Assembly: GCA_033763905.1 (NCBI GenBank)
Contig: JANRJP010000039.1
Coordinates: 1 to 54,931 of the forward strand
Length of the DNA stretch: 54,931 bases
Direction: 5' to 3'
Source of the DNA: Gemmatimonadaceae bacterium
GTDB taxonomy: Bacteria > Gemmatimonadota > Gemmatimonadetes > Gemmatimonadales > Gemmatimonadaceae
Shown: one piece after another, positions 9,480-18,917 of the stretch
Numbering within the stretch: position 1 is the first letter of the stretch
Layout of the letters: each line of letters begins with the position of its first letter
The notes under the pieces: model-generated
Told to the model about the DNA's origin: nothing
The model's database searches: none
The model's input: the letters and a program-made list of their open reading frames with translations, nothing else
Made by a program: the position numbers and the translations under genes

Positions 9480-10489
9480 GTCACGCGCCACGGCAGCGCG
9501 TCCCAATACCCTGCCGACTGAAACAGATGCCGCCGATCGCGCCCCACGTCGGCCAACACCTGCTCCGGCGCCGGCCCGCCCGCGCCTGCACCCCACAGCA
9601 CATCACTCGTCCACGCGGCGACCGCCAGGGAGAGCGGCTTCGTCTCGATCACCGGGTCGCGCACCACTCGGTCGTCGAGCGCGAAATGCTGCAGGACCGG
9701 ATGCGTCGCGGCGAGGTGGAGCCGCGCCTGTTCGGCCACCTGCAATGCACCGCCCTGCCCCGCGGCGGCCAGCCGATCCACCAAGGCGCGCATCAACTCC
9801 CGGTAGGCGGCAATCAACGTGGGCGGCGCCTGCACCGGCAACGCCGGAGGCACCGGAAAGCGACGCACGCGAGGATACGCCATTTCGCCGGTCAGCCCGG
9901 ACGGGGCGCTGGTATCGCCGACCCCAGCCAGCACGGCCGTCAGTCGCGCGTCCACCGTGCCAGCGGGCGGAGCGGCACTGCCGAAGTAGCCGCGCACCGG
10001 CATCCCGTCGTCGACGCGCACGTAGTGGATGTGCCCGTTGACGAGTAGCTCCAGGAGGCCGTCATACATCTGCGCCATCAGGTAGCCGAGGAGCGCGGTC
10101 GCGTCGGTGGGCGCCAGTTCCTTCGGGAACTCGTCCGGTCGCCCGACCTGCGACCAGTACATACAGGCGAGCTGCTCGTCCGGCGCTTCGTGAAAACAAA
10201 TCGCCCCGAACTCCGGCGCGGCGGGCACCTTGGCGATCGCTTCGCGGATCGGCACCGGCTGCCACTGCTTGCCATCCGCCGTCGCGGTCGCATTCACCAC
10301 CTGCCCTTCCTGCAAGTACAGCACGACCAGCTCCTTTTCGAGCCAAATCGCCACGTAGCCGAAGACTCGCGCGGTACGATCCCGCTTGGCGTCGCTCAGC
10401 AGATTGGCCAGATGCACATACGCCAGCCGAGTGCGCGGGAGCAGCACCCGCGTGTGCGGATAGCGAAGGCCGTCGGTGGTTGCGGGCAT
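9473..10489 (-). CDS. Conserved hypothetical protein, possibly two DUF4388/PATAN-like repeats
   Basis: Protein-like composition, co-oriented in the operon; VVLYLQEGQVVNA and YDGLLEL...HYVRVDDGMPV resemble DUF4388-like segments. Confidence 0.6.
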   Translation of the reverse strand: MPATTDGLRYPHTRVLLPRTRLAYVHLANLLSDAKRDRTARVFGYVAIWLEKELVVLYLQEGQVVNATATADGKQWQPVPIREAIAKVPAAPEFGAICFHEAPDEQLACMYWSQVGRPDEFPKELAPTDATALLGYLMAQMYDGLLELLVNGHIHYVRVDDGMPVRGYFGSAAPPAGTVDARLTAVLAGVGDTSAPSGLTGEMAYPRVRRFPVPPALPVQAPPTLIAAYRELMRALVDRLAAAGQGGALQVAEQARLHLAATHPVLQHFALDDRVVRDPVIETKPLSLAVAAWTSDVLWGAGAGGPAPEQVLADVGRDRRHLFQSAGYWDALPWRVTW

Positions 10490-10571
10490 CAGGAAGGAAA
10501 AGCGAACGCCGGGACAGCGACATCGCTACCCCGGCGTCCACCCTACATACGACGGTCCGCCCGCCGCAAGC

Positions 10572-10895
10572 TCAGACGTGCGCCTTGAGCTTGGCTTCGA
10601 GGGCCGGCTTCGGCATCGCGCCGACGATCTGATCCACGACCTTGCCGCCCTTGAAGAACAACAGGGTCGGAATCGACCGGACGCCGTACTTCTGCGCCCA
10701 TTCGTTGTTCGCATCGACGTCGACCTTGGCGACCTTCACCTTGCCCTGGTACTCCGTCGCCAGCGCCTCGACCGTGGGCGCAATCATCTTGCAGGGGCCA
10801 CACCACTCGGCCCAGAAGTCCACCATCGCCAACCCGTCGTGGTTGATGATTTCCTGCTCGAAGGTGGCGTCGGTTACGGCTACGGCATTGCCCAT
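10572..10895 (-). CDS. trxA: Thioredoxin
   Basis: VDFWAEWCGPCKMIAP, YGVRSIPTLLFFKGG; ATG 10895 with ACAGGAG SD upstream. Confidence 0.97.
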   Translation of the reverse strand: MGNAVAVTDATFEQEIINHDGLAMVDFWAEWCGPCKMIAPTVEALATEYQGKVKVAKVDVDANNEWAQKYGVRSIPTLLFFKGGKVVDQIVGAMPKPALEAKLKAHV

Positions 10896-10978
10896 CTGCA
10901 ACTCCTGTCTTCGGGGCGTCGCCCCGATCGGTAACGGGTGATTACGATTCGGCCCGAGTCCCTCAGGCCCCTGCTTCC

Positions 10979-11389
10979 GTGACTGCCCATCCCCCGCGCG
11001 GCACCCGCATCGCCCACGTCGGGCTGGCCCTCCCCGATCTCGGGGCGGCCCTCCCGTTCTTCCGAGACTTCCTCGGGATGCCCCAAGTGCCGATCGGAGA
11101 TTCCGACGGCGCCCGGATCGCGGCGGTTGCTGCAGGTGATGCACTGGTCGAACTGCTCGAACCGGTCGAGGAGGCCACTCCCATCGGGAAGTTCCTCGCC
11201 AAGCGCGGTCCGGGTATTCATCACATCTGTTTCGCGGTGGACGACCTCGATGGCACGCTCGCGCGAGCCAAGGCGGCCGGCCTGCGGTTGATCGACGAGA
11301 CGCCCCGCATCGGCGCCGAAGGCAAGCGGATCGCCTTCCTGCACCCGTCCAGCACTGCGGGAATCCTCGTCGAGCTGTCGGAATACTAA
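10979..11389 (+). CDS. mce: Methylmalonyl-CoA epimerase (VOC family)
   Basis: IAHVGLA, VELLEP, PIGKFLAKRGPGIHHICF, GAEGKRIAFLHPSSTAGILVEL. Confidence 0.85.
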   Translation: MTAHPPRGTRIAHVGLALPDLGAALPFFRDFLGMPQVPIGDSDGARIAAVAAGDALVELLEPVEEATPIGKFLAKRGPGIHHICFAVDDLDGTLARAKAAGLRLIDETPRIGAEGKRIAFLHPSSTAGILVELSEY

Positions 11390-11410
11390 GCCGTCATCGG
11401 GCCGGAAAGT

Positions 11411-11926
11411 TCACCGGCCCACGCCGCCGCGTCGGCAGAACTCGGCCGTCTTCTCGATGTCGGCCGACTCCACGAACCAGCGTTCCGCGGGCCCCTTCAC
11501 CGCCGCAACGGTGGTGCTCAGGGTGACGCCCTGGAACGTGAGCTCGACCCGGAACACGCGACGTCCGTCGTCGCCCGGGAACTCGGCCACCACGGTCGAC
11601 CGGTCGTGCTGCAGGTGGCACTGAATGATCAGGATGCGCTTGTCGCGCTCCCCTTCGGCCATCGTGTTCAGGGCCGAGCCGTTCTGGCTGCCCCAGACCT
11701 TGGCCATCGCCTCGACGTCCCGCTGCTTCGCGGCATCGAGAAATGCCGAGACGGCCTGCCGGGGGCTGTCGCGCCCCTGACTCGCCGCCGGCGCCCTCCC
11801 GCCGGCGCACGCCGAGCCCAGCACCGGCGCCACGAGCACCAGCGCCGCCAGCCGCACCGACCGCCACCCACGCGAGGCGCGCACGAACCAAATTCCCTTG
11901 TCTTCCATTCGGCTCCCCAAGAGCAT
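11411..11926 (-). CDS. Hypothetical exported protein, putative lipoprotein; start uncertain
   Basis: Hydrophobic stretch ending LGSAC, followed by an NTF2-like-looking region (SPRQAVSAFLDAAK...WFVE). Confidence 0.55.
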   Translation of the reverse strand: MLLGSRMEDKGIWFVRASRGWRSVRLAALVLVAPVLGSACAGGRAPAASQGRDSPRQAVSAFLDAAKQRDVEAMAKVWGSQNGSALNTMAEGERDKRILIIQCHLQHDRSTVVAEFPGDDGRRVFRVELTFQGVTLSTTVAAVKGPAERWFVESADIEKTAEFCRRGGVGR

Positions 11927-11955
11927 TTCCGCCGAACGCTAACCTTTCTGTTGCA

Positions 11956-12705
11956 ATGGCCTCAACCCGCCCGCAGCGCCTCTACGTCAACGTCGATCAC
12001 GTCGCCACGATCCGGCAGGCGCGGCGGACCGACGAACCCGATCCGGTCGAGGCGGCGCGACTCTGCGAGGCGGCCGGCGCCGAAGGCATTACCGCGCACC
12101 TGCGCGAAGACCGGCGGCATATGCAGGACGCCGACATCGCCGCGCTCGCTCGCGCGGTCACCACGGTCCTGAATCTCGAAATCGCCAACACGCCGCCAAT
12201 GATCGACCTCGCGGTGGCGCTGCGGCCCTTTCAGGTCACGCTGGTCCCCGAACGCCGCGAAGAAGTCACGACCGAAGGCGGGCTCGACGTCGTGCGCCAC
12301 GCGGAGGCACTCCGGCCGGCACTGTCGCGACTGGCCGCCGCCGGCGTGCGCACCGCGCTGTTTATCGACCCCGCCGAGGCGATGGTGCGCGCGAGCCGCG
12401 AGCTCGGCGCCCACGCGATCGAATTGCACACCGGCACCTACGCCCATCATCCAACGGACGCCGCCCCCCTGCGCGCGCTGGCCGCGGGCGCCACGCTGGG
12501 GGCCAGCCTCGGTCTCGCCGTGCACGCCGGCCACGGCCTGACGGTGCGGAACGTCGGCCCGGTGGCAGCCATCCCGGAAATCGAGGAGCTGAACATCGGG
12601 CACTCCCTGGTGGCGCGGAGCGTGTTCGTCGGACTGGCCGAGGCGATCCGGGAAATGCGGGGGGCGATGGTGACCGCGCGCGCGGCGGGCGTTACCCTTG
12701 TTTGA
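11956..12705 (+). CDS. pdxJ: Pyridoxine 5'-phosphate synthase
   Basis: LYVNVDHVATIRQARR, ITAHLREDRRH, PERREEVTTEGGLD, HAGHGL, ELNIGHS. Confidence 0.97.
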   Translation: MASTRPQRLYVNVDHVATIRQARRTDEPDPVEAARLCEAAGAEGITAHLREDRRHMQDADIAALARAVTTVLNLEIANTPPMIDLAVALRPFQVTLVPERREEVTTEGGLDVVRHAEALRPALSRLAAAGVRTALFIDPAEAMVRASRELGAHAIELHTGTYAHHPTDAAPLRALAAGATLGASLGLAVHAGHGLTVRNVGPVAAIPEIEELNIGHSLVARSVFVGLAEAIREMRGAMVTARAAGVTLV

Positions 12706-12753
12706 CGCGCCGCGTCCTAGTTCCGGACCGTCACGACTCCTCGTCTTCGCCCA

Positions 12754-14256
12754 ATGACCGCTCCCGGCGGACTCCTCGATTTCTTCGCGCTCGAAGCTGC
12801 CGAGCACCTCGACCGGCTTGACGTTCTCGCGTCGGCCTCGGCCGGTCCCGAGCCTGAGGCGTTGCACAAGCACGCCCGCGCGCTGCGTGGGTCGGCGACG
12901 ATGGCCAAGGTGCCGCTGGTCGCCGATCTGAGTGGCGCCTTGGAGCGCGTCGCGAAGTACGCCCGCGATACGGGGGCGCCGTGGGGTGCCGGCCAGCGCT
13001 CGGCGATCGTGTCGGCCGTCGATGAACTGCGACGGCTGGTCCGGACGGTCAAGTCGCTAACCCCCGACGACGAAGCGCGCGCGCGAGCGCTCGCGGCGGA
13101 ACTCGAGGCCTTTGCCCCGCGCGCGACGCCCGTCGCGACCCCCATTCCCGACGCGGGATCGCTCATCGCGCGGGACGCCAAGGAACTGTCGGTGGCAATC
13201 GCGATGTTGCGGACGCGGCCCGCGGATCCTGCGGCGCTGGCGCCGCTCGCCGACCGCGTACGGCGCCTCCGCGGCACCGCCGAGCTCAAGGACTTCCCGC
13301 CCCTGCCCGAGATCGTCGAGGGTATCGAGCGCGCGCTCCGTCCCTTGGAACAGGGCACCGGGATGCGCGATCAGATTCTCGACGTGCTCGTCGCCGCCGA
13401 TGCCGTGCTCACCGACGCGGCCCAGGCGATCGACGCGCGCGCCCCGCTGCCGACCGGCCCGATGCTCGATGCCTTCGTGGCCGCGCTCGACCGGCTCGCC
13501 GACGGGCAGCGCGACGCCGACCGCATCGTGCCGATCAGTGCCCTGTACTACGCCGACGGCGCTCCCGACGTGATCGCCGCCGCGCCGAACCCACCGACCT
13601 CGCGCGCCGAGCGCTTCCGGTTGGAAGCGGTGAGTCTGGCCGAGCACCTGCGCCGGTTGGTCGGCGACGCGCGCTCGGCACGGGATTCGATCGCGCGTGA
13701 TCGCCTAGGGCGCGAACTGCGCGGCGCGGTCGTGGCCTTCGAACAGGTCGCCCGGTCGTTCGATGAGCACGACGTGGCCGCGCTGCTGGCCGCGCACGTC
13801 GGCGGCGCCGCGGCGCTCGCGACGGAGTCGCTGGACGCCCTCGACGCGGCGGCGGTCGCGCTGGCCGATCCCAAGGGTGAGTGGCGGCCTGCCGCGGCGA
13901 GCGCGCCGGCTTCAAGCGCGCCGGCCGCGAGTGTAGCCGCGATCGCGTTGGCCGAGCCCCCCGCCGCGCCTGCGCCCGAGCCCGCGCCTGCGCCTGTCGC
14001 CCCGCCCGCGAGCGAATTGCAGTCGCTGCTCGCGCAGGGCCTCGCTGGGCTCGGCGGTCTGACCTCGGCGCCATTGGCCGCCCCAGCCCACGTGGAAGAC
14101 GACACGATCGTCCCGATCGAGCGATTGCTCTACCGCGGTCGTGCCGCGCTGGAACGCGCGCAGACGCTGCGCGACGAAATGCGCCGTCACGGGACCCCAT
14201 CGCCCGAGCAACTCCACGAGCTGTACGACCTGCTCGATCTCGTCGGCACGGAGTAA
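12754..14256 (+). CDS. Protein with tandem degenerate Hpt-like helical domains
   Basis: LLDFFALEAAEHLDRL...ARALRGSATMA resembles a CheA-P1/Hpt domain; a second copy VRRLRGTAEL follows. Confidence 0.65.
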   Translation: MTAPGGLLDFFALEAAEHLDRLDVLASASAGPEPEALHKHARALRGSATMAKVPLVADLSGALERVAKYARDTGAPWGAGQRSAIVSAVDELRRLVRTVKSLTPDDEARARALAAELEAFAPRATPVATPIPDAGSLIARDAKELSVAIAMLRTRPADPAALAPLADRVRRLRGTAELKDFPPLPEIVEGIERALRPLEQGTGMRDQILDVLVAADAVLTDAAQAIDARAPLPTGPMLDAFVAALDRLADGQRDADRIVPISALYYADGAPDVIAAAPNPPTSRAERFRLEAVSLAEHLRRLVGDARSARDSIARDRLGRELRGAVVAFEQVARSFDEHDVAALLAAHVGGAAALATESLDALDAAAVALADPKGEWRPAAASAPASSAPAASVAAIALAEPPAAPAPEPAPAPVAPPASELQSLLAQGLAGLGGLTSAPLAAPAHVEDDTIVPIERLLYRGRAALERAQTLRDEMRRHGTPSPEQLHELYDLLDLVGTE

Positions 14257-14259
14257 GCG

Positions 14260-15282
14260 ATGCAGTTCGGTTGGCGCGGCGCGCTCGGCATCGTCCTGAG
14301 CGTCGCGTTGCTGGCGTGGACGCTTAAGGACGTCTCGTTCCCCGAAGTCTGGCAGGTGTTGCGCGCCTCGAACGGGTTCTACTTCGCCCTGAGCTCGGCG
14401 GGCGCGACCGGCATCTTCCTGCTTCGGGCCTATCGTTGGCGCCCGATCCTCCACGACGTCGCCCCGGGCGCAGCCATCGGCCCGCTGTGGCGCAGCACCG
14501 CCGTCGGGATGATGATCAACAACGTCGTGCCGGCGCGCGCTGGAGAGATCGCCCGGGCGTTCGCGCTGACGCGCGAAGTGCCGAGGGTGTCGTTCGCGGC
14601 GGCGTTTGCGTCGCTCGTGGTCGACCGCCTGTTCGATTCCGTCGTGTTGCTGCTGCTCCTCAGCGCCGCACTCGTCGCGCCGGGCTTTCCCGACGGCGTG
14701 GAACTGGCCGGTCGTCCGGTGTGGCAGTTGGCCGCGACGCTCGGCGTGATCAGCGCCGTCGCTGGCGCCGGCGTTGCCCTACTGGCCTTCGCCCCCGACT
14801 GGATCATCGGTGTCTTCGAGTCGACGGTGGGCCGAGTGCTCCCCGCAACGCGCGCCCCCGGCGCCCGGCTGCTCCGTAGCTTCGCCAGCGGGATGGGGGT
14901 GCTGCGCAGCCCGCGCCGCTTTGCCGAGGTCTTCGCGTGGACCTTGGCGCATTGGCTGATGAACGCGCTGGCGTTCTGGTTCGGCTTCCTCGCCGTGGGC
15001 CTGTCCCTGCCCTATTCGGCGGCACTGTTTCTTCAGGGGTTGATTGCCGTGGGGGTAGCCATCCCGTCGTCGCCGGGGTTCTTCGGCGTGTTCGAGGGCT
15101 TCGCCAAGCTGGGGCTGGGCGTCTACGGTGTGCCGGCCGACGCCGCAGTCGCCTGGGCCTTCGGCTTCCACCTGCTGAGCTACATCCCGATCACGGTGAT
15201 CGGCGCGATCTACTTCGCGCGACTCGGCTTGTCCTTGGGCCAGTTGTCGCGGCAGTCCAGCGCGCCGGGCGGCGCGTCGTGA
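14260..15282 (+). CDS. Lysylphosphatidylglycerol synthase TM-region / flippase-like membrane protein (UPF0104)
   Basis: Multiple TM helices; RAYRW, NNVVPARAGEIAR, VVDRLFD, PSSPGFFGVFE. Confidence 0.85.
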   Translation: MQFGWRGALGIVLSVALLAWTLKDVSFPEVWQVLRASNGFYFALSSAGATGIFLLRAYRWRPILHDVAPGAAIGPLWRSTAVGMMINNVVPARAGEIARAFALTREVPRVSFAAAFASLVVDRLFDSVVLLLLLSAALVAPGFPDGVELAGRPVWQLAATLGVISAVAGAGVALLAFAPDWIIGVFESTVGRVLPATRAPGARLLRSFASGMGVLRSPRRFAEVFAWTLAHWLMNALAFWFGFLAVGLSLPYSAALFLQGLIAVGVAIPSSPGFFGVFEGFAKLGLGVYGVPADAAVAWAFGFHLLSYIPITVIGAIYFARLGLSLGQLSRQSSAPGGAS

Positions 15283-16253
15283 GCGCGACCCGACGCCGCA
15301 GCGCCGGCGGCACCGCTCGGGTCAACGCGCAGGCGAAGATCAATCTCGTCTTGCGGGTGTTCACGCCCGACGCCACCGGCTATCACCCGATCGAGACCCT
15401 GTTTCAGCGGCTCGATCTGGCCGATGTCGTCACGGTGAAGGCGACGAGTGGCGCCAAGTCGCTCGACGTCGACGGCCCGATGCTCCCCGTAGACGGATTG
15501 GGTCCCACCGAGAGGAACCTCGCGTGGCGCGCGGCCGAGCTGTATGCACGCGAGACGGGATTCCCCGGCGGCTGGGCGATCACGATCGACAAGCGGATTC
15601 CCGTGGGCGGCGGGCTCGGCGGCGGTAGCGCCGATGCCGGCGCCGTGCTGCGCGCGCTCAACGAACTGGCGCCGAATCCCCTCAGTCAGGTCGCGCTGCA
15701 GTCAATGGGCGCAGCGCTCGGCGCGGATGTGCCGTTTCTGGCCGGCGACGCCGTGCTGGCGATCGGCCGAGGCTATGGCGAGCGCTTGGACCCGCTGATG
15801 CCCCTGCCGCGCGCGCTGGTGCTGCTGGCCGCGTTCGCCGAGGGCGTGAACACCAAGGCGGCGTATGGCTGGTTGGACGCGGCGCGGCTGCCGGGCGAGG
15901 TGATTCCGAAGCTCGGCTTGGCGCCCGAAGACGTGCGGGATTGGGGGGATGTGGCCGAGCTCGCGCTGAACGACTTCGAGGCGGTCGTCGCCGAGCATCA
16001 CCTGGGCGTTGCCGCCGCGCTGCGGTACTTCGACGCCGCGGTGCCGTCGGCGAGTGGCGGGTTCACGATGCTGTCGGGGTCGGGGGCGACCGTCTTCGCG
16101 CTACTGCCGGCAATGCCCAACGGCGAGCCTTTCGACGACGACGTGCAGTTGCTCGGCTTGGAGGTCGACCCTGAGTCGATCCCGGACGAAATCGACGTGC
16201 TGGCGCAGACGGTGACGGCCGAACGCGTTGAGCCGGTGGAGCGGCTGGACTAG
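15279..16253 (+). CDS. ispE: 4-diphosphocytidyl-2-C-methyl-D-erythritol kinase
   Basis: AKINLVL, GYHPIETLFQ, KRIPVGGGLGGGSADA, LGADVPF, NDFE, LSGSGATVF; GTG 15279 overlaps the upstream TGA. Confidence 0.93.
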   Translation: MSATRRRSAGGTARVNAQAKINLVLRVFTPDATGYHPIETLFQRLDLADVVTVKATSGAKSLDVDGPMLPVDGLGPTERNLAWRAAELYARETGFPGGWAITIDKRIPVGGGLGGGSADAGAVLRALNELAPNPLSQVALQSMGAALGADVPFLAGDAVLAIGRGYGERLDPLMPLPRALVLLAAFAEGVNTKAAYGWLDAARLPGEVIPKLGLAPEDVRDWGDVAELALNDFEAVVAEHHLGVAAALRYFDAAVPSASGGFTMLSGSGATVFALLPAMPNGEPFDDDVQLLGLEVDPESIPDEIDVLAQTVTAERVEPVERLD

Positions 16254-16256
16254 CTT
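16228..16256 (+). promoter_or_regulatory. Putative sigma70 promoter for tRNA-Gln/prs
   Basis: TTGAGC-17 nt-TAGCTT; same -10 hexamer as the rpsF promoter candidate. Confidence 0.5.
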
Positions 16257-16289
16257 GTGGCGTGCGCGACGGCTTGGCCGTCCGCGTGC

Positions 16290-16360
16290 TGCCCCTTCGT
16301 CCAATGGCAGGACCCCGGACTTTGGATCCGGTTATGCTGGTTCGAGTCCAGCAGGGGCAA
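16290..16360 (+). tRNA. tRNA-Gln(TTG)
   Basis: Acceptor TGCCCCT/AGGGGCA, anticodon arm CCGGA-CTTTGGA-TCCGG, T arm GCTGG-TTCGAGT-CCAGC; CCA not encoded. Fits the widespread ispE-tRNAGln-prs arrangement. Confidence 0.95.
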
Positions 16361-16446
16361 TGCCTGGTCTCCGGCGTCGTGGCGTCGTGGCCGCCGGACA
16401 GACGTTGACACCTGCCTCGGGGTTGGCGAGTTTTCAGGGCTCGCCT

Positions 16447-17400
16447 ATGACCGACACCGCCCCGACTTCACATTCGTTCCGGCTCCTCTCGGGGACGGCC
16501 AATCGGCCACTGGCCGAAGAGATCGCACGTCAGCTCGGCACCGAACTGTGCAAGGCCACAGTGACGCGCTTTGCGGATGGCGAAATCTTCGTGCGGATCG
16601 ACGAGAACATCCGTGGGTCCGACGTGTTCATCGTGCAGCCGACGAATCCGCCGGCCGACAACGTGATGGAGCTGCTGCTCCTGATCGATGCGGCGCGTCG
16701 AGCCTCGGCGGCGCGCATCACGGTGGTGCTGCCGTACTACGGGTACGGTCGGCAGGACCGCAAGGATCAGCCGCGGGTGGCAATCGCGGCGAAGTTGATG
16801 GCGAACTTGATCGAGACCGCCGGCGCGGATCGCGTCCTCGGCCTCGATTTCCATCAGCACCAGTTGCAGGGGTTCTTCGACGTGCCAGTCGATCACCTCT
16901 ATGCGGCGCCGGTGCTGGTCTCGCATTACCGCAAGAAGAATTTGCAGGACCTGGTCGTCGTCGCTCCGGACGTCGGCTCGGCAAAGATGGCCCGGGGGTT
17001 CGCGAAGCGGCTGGACGCCACGCTCGCGATCATCGACAAGCGGCGGCCGAAGGCCAATGTGGCCGAGGTGATGAACGTGGTCGGCGACGTCGAGGGCAAG
17101 GACTGCCTCCTCTGCGACGATATGATCGACACCGCGGGCACGATGGCCGAAGCGGCACGGGCACTCAAGGGGATGGGCGCGCGCACGGTGTATGCCTGCG
17201 CCAGCCACGCCCTGCTGAGCGGCCCCGCCGTGCAGCGGCTCACCGAGGCGCCAATCGCCGAAGTGACCGTGATCGACTCGATGTTCATCCCGCCCGAGCG
17301 GCGGTTCGACAAGCTCACGATTCTGAGCTGCGGCGAACTGCTGGCGAAGGCGATCCGCTACACCCACAGCGACCAATCCGTGTCGTCGCTGTTCGACTGA
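16447..17400 (+). CDS. prs: Ribose-phosphate pyrophosphokinase
   Basis: FADGEIFVRIDENIRG, PYYGYGRQDRK, VVAPDVG, DDMIDTAGT. Confidence 0.97.
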   Translation: MTDTAPTSHSFRLLSGTANRPLAEEIARQLGTELCKATVTRFADGEIFVRIDENIRGSDVFIVQPTNPPADNVMELLLLIDAARRASAARITVVLPYYGYGRQDRKDQPRVAIAAKLMANLIETAGADRVLGLDFHQHQLQGFFDVPVDHLYAAPVLVSHYRKKNLQDLVVVAPDVGSAKMARGFAKRLDATLAIIDKRRPKANVAEVMNVVGDVEGKDCLLCDDMIDTAGTMAEAARALKGMGARTVYACASHALLSGPAVQRLTEAPIAEVTVIDSMFIPPERRFDKLTILSCGELLAKAIRYTHSDQSVSSLFD

Positions 17401-17414
17401 CCGAGGATACTCCG

Positions 17415-18056
17415 ATGGCAACTGCAAGTCTCTCCGCCACCACGCGCTCCGGCACCGGCAAGGGCGTTGCGCGCACGCTGCGCGCCAAGGGCCACGTGCC
17501 CGGCGTCATTTACGGCCACGCCCGCGAGGCGGCGGCGATTGCGGTGCCGGCCCGCGAGCTCGGCCGGATGCTCGAGAAGATCGAAGCGTCGAGCACCGTG
17601 ATCGAACTGTCGATCGACGGCAAGACCTCGCGCACGCTGATCCGCGAGATCCAGCGCCACCCGGTCAAGAAGGACATCCTCCACATCGACTTCCAGGAAC
17701 TGGTCGCCGGTGAGAAGGTGACGGTCCGTCTGCCGATCATCCTCGTCGGCAGCCCCGACGGCGTCCGCAACGGCGGCGGCATTCTCGACCAGACGATGCG
17801 CGAAATCGAAGTCCGCGTCGATCCGGCCAGCATCCCCGGCCACATCGACGTCGACGTCGCGAAGCTTGGCATCGGTCATTCGATCCACGTCCGCGACCTG
17901 GCGCTGCCCGCCGGCGTCGAGGTTCTCTCGGACGAAGACGCGACGATCTGCGTGATCGTGGCCCCGAAGACGCACGAGGAGACGCCGGCCGAAGCGGCCG
18001 CCGCGGAGCCGGAAGTGCTCAAGAAGGGCAAGAAGGACGAAGACGACGCGAAGTAA
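17415..18056 (+). CDS. rplY: 50S ribosomal protein L25 / general stress protein Ctc (long form)
   Basis: RSGTGKGVARTLR, VPGVIYG, EIQRHPV, HIDF, GVRNGGG; GAGGA SD. Confidence 0.96.
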   Translation: MATASLSATTRSGTGKGVARTLRAKGHVPGVIYGHAREAAAIAVPARELGRMLEKIEASSTVIELSIDGKTSRTLIREIQRHPVKKDILHIDFQELVAGEKVTVRLPIILVGSPDGVRNGGGILDQTMREIEVRVDPASIPGHIDVDVAKLGIGHSIHVRDLALPAGVEVLSDEDATICVIVAPKTHEETPAEAAAAEPEVLKKGKKDEDDAK

Positions 18057-18075
18057 TTCGCCGCACGTCGTGGAC

Positions 18076-18110
18076 ACGGCCCCTGCAAACGCGGGGGCCG
18101 TTTCTATTTT
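18076..18110 (+). terminator. Intrinsic terminator after rplY
   Basis: 11-bp stem ACGGCCCCTGC-AAAC-GCGGGGGCCGT (one G-U) followed by TTCTATTTT. Confidence 0.7.
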
Positions 18111-18116
18111 GCGCCT

Positions 18117-18686
18117 ATGAAAGTCGTCCTCGGACTTGGCAATCCCGGCCCCGAATACGCCGACACCCGACACAACGTCGGGTGGTGGGTGCTCGACGCG
18201 TGCCACACGCGCTGGGGCGGCGGCACCTGGAAGAAGGAAGGCGAATCGGTGGTGATCGACCACCGGCTCGGCGACCAGCGCGTGCGGCTGGTGAAGCCGA
18301 TGACCTATATGAACCTGTCGGGTCGCGTGCTCGGCACCTACCAGCGCCGCCCACTCTGGAAGGCGGAGCGCGACCTGCTGGCGGTGGTGGATGAAGTGGC
18401 GCTGCCGCTCGCAACGATTCGGATTCGCGCGAACGGATCGGCCGGCGGGCACAACGGGCTCAAGGACATCCAGCGCGCGCTCGGGAACCAGGAGTACGCG
18501 CGGCTGCGGATCGGGATCCGGCCGGAGGATGAGCGGCGGCTCGGCGGCGACCTGGCGGACTTCGTGCTGGGGCGGTTCGGCAAGGACGAGGCGGCGTTCA
18601 TCCGAGGGGCGATGGATCGGATGGTGGACGCCGTGGAGTGCTGGGTGCGGGACGGGGTGTCAGAGGCGATGAATCGCTTCAACTGA
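18117..18686 (+). CDS. pth: Peptidyl-tRNA hydrolase
   Basis: GLGNPGPEYADTRHNVG, KPMTYMNLSG, GSAGGHNGLK, RLRIGI. Confidence 0.97.
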   Translation: MKVVLGLGNPGPEYADTRHNVGWWVLDACHTRWGGGTWKKEGESVVIDHRLGDQRVRLVKPMTYMNLSGRVLGTYQRRPLWKAERDLLAVVDEVALPLATIRIRANGSAGGHNGLKDIQRALGNQEYARLRIGIRPEDERRLGGDLADFVLGRFGKDEAAFIRGAMDRMVDAVECWVRDGVSEAMNRFN

Positions 18687-18695
18687 ACATCGAAT

Positions 18696-18880
18696 CTGAC
18701 GACTGATGGCCCTGATCTGATGACCCTTGGCTTGAGTTGTCACTCGCCCTGACTGCGTGGTCGGTAGTCAGTCATCGGTCACAGGCTTGTGACTGGCTAC
18801 CGACTACCGACAACGCAGTCAGCGATGGGGACAACGCAAGCCGAGGGTTGTGGGATTACGGTCGTCAGTGATCAGCGTCG
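18696..18880. repeat. Long imperfect palindrome (rod hairpin), copy 1 of a tandem pair
   Basis: 185-bp unit repeated 222 bp downstream with about 11 differences; self-complementary around GTCACA-GGCT-TGTGAC. Confidence 0.92.
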
Positions 18881-18917
18881 GCCCGGCTCAACGCCCCCTC
18901 GATCCCCCGCACCGCCG

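Noticed and set aside
16405..16433. TTGACA upstream of prs as a promoter
   Set aside because: The hexamer at 17-nt spacing is GAGTTT, lacking the first T of -10; too weak to call.
16290..16446. tRNA-Gln as an integration site
   Set aside because: No integrase, no duplicated tRNA 3' end seen, and the ispE-tRNA-prs order is intact.
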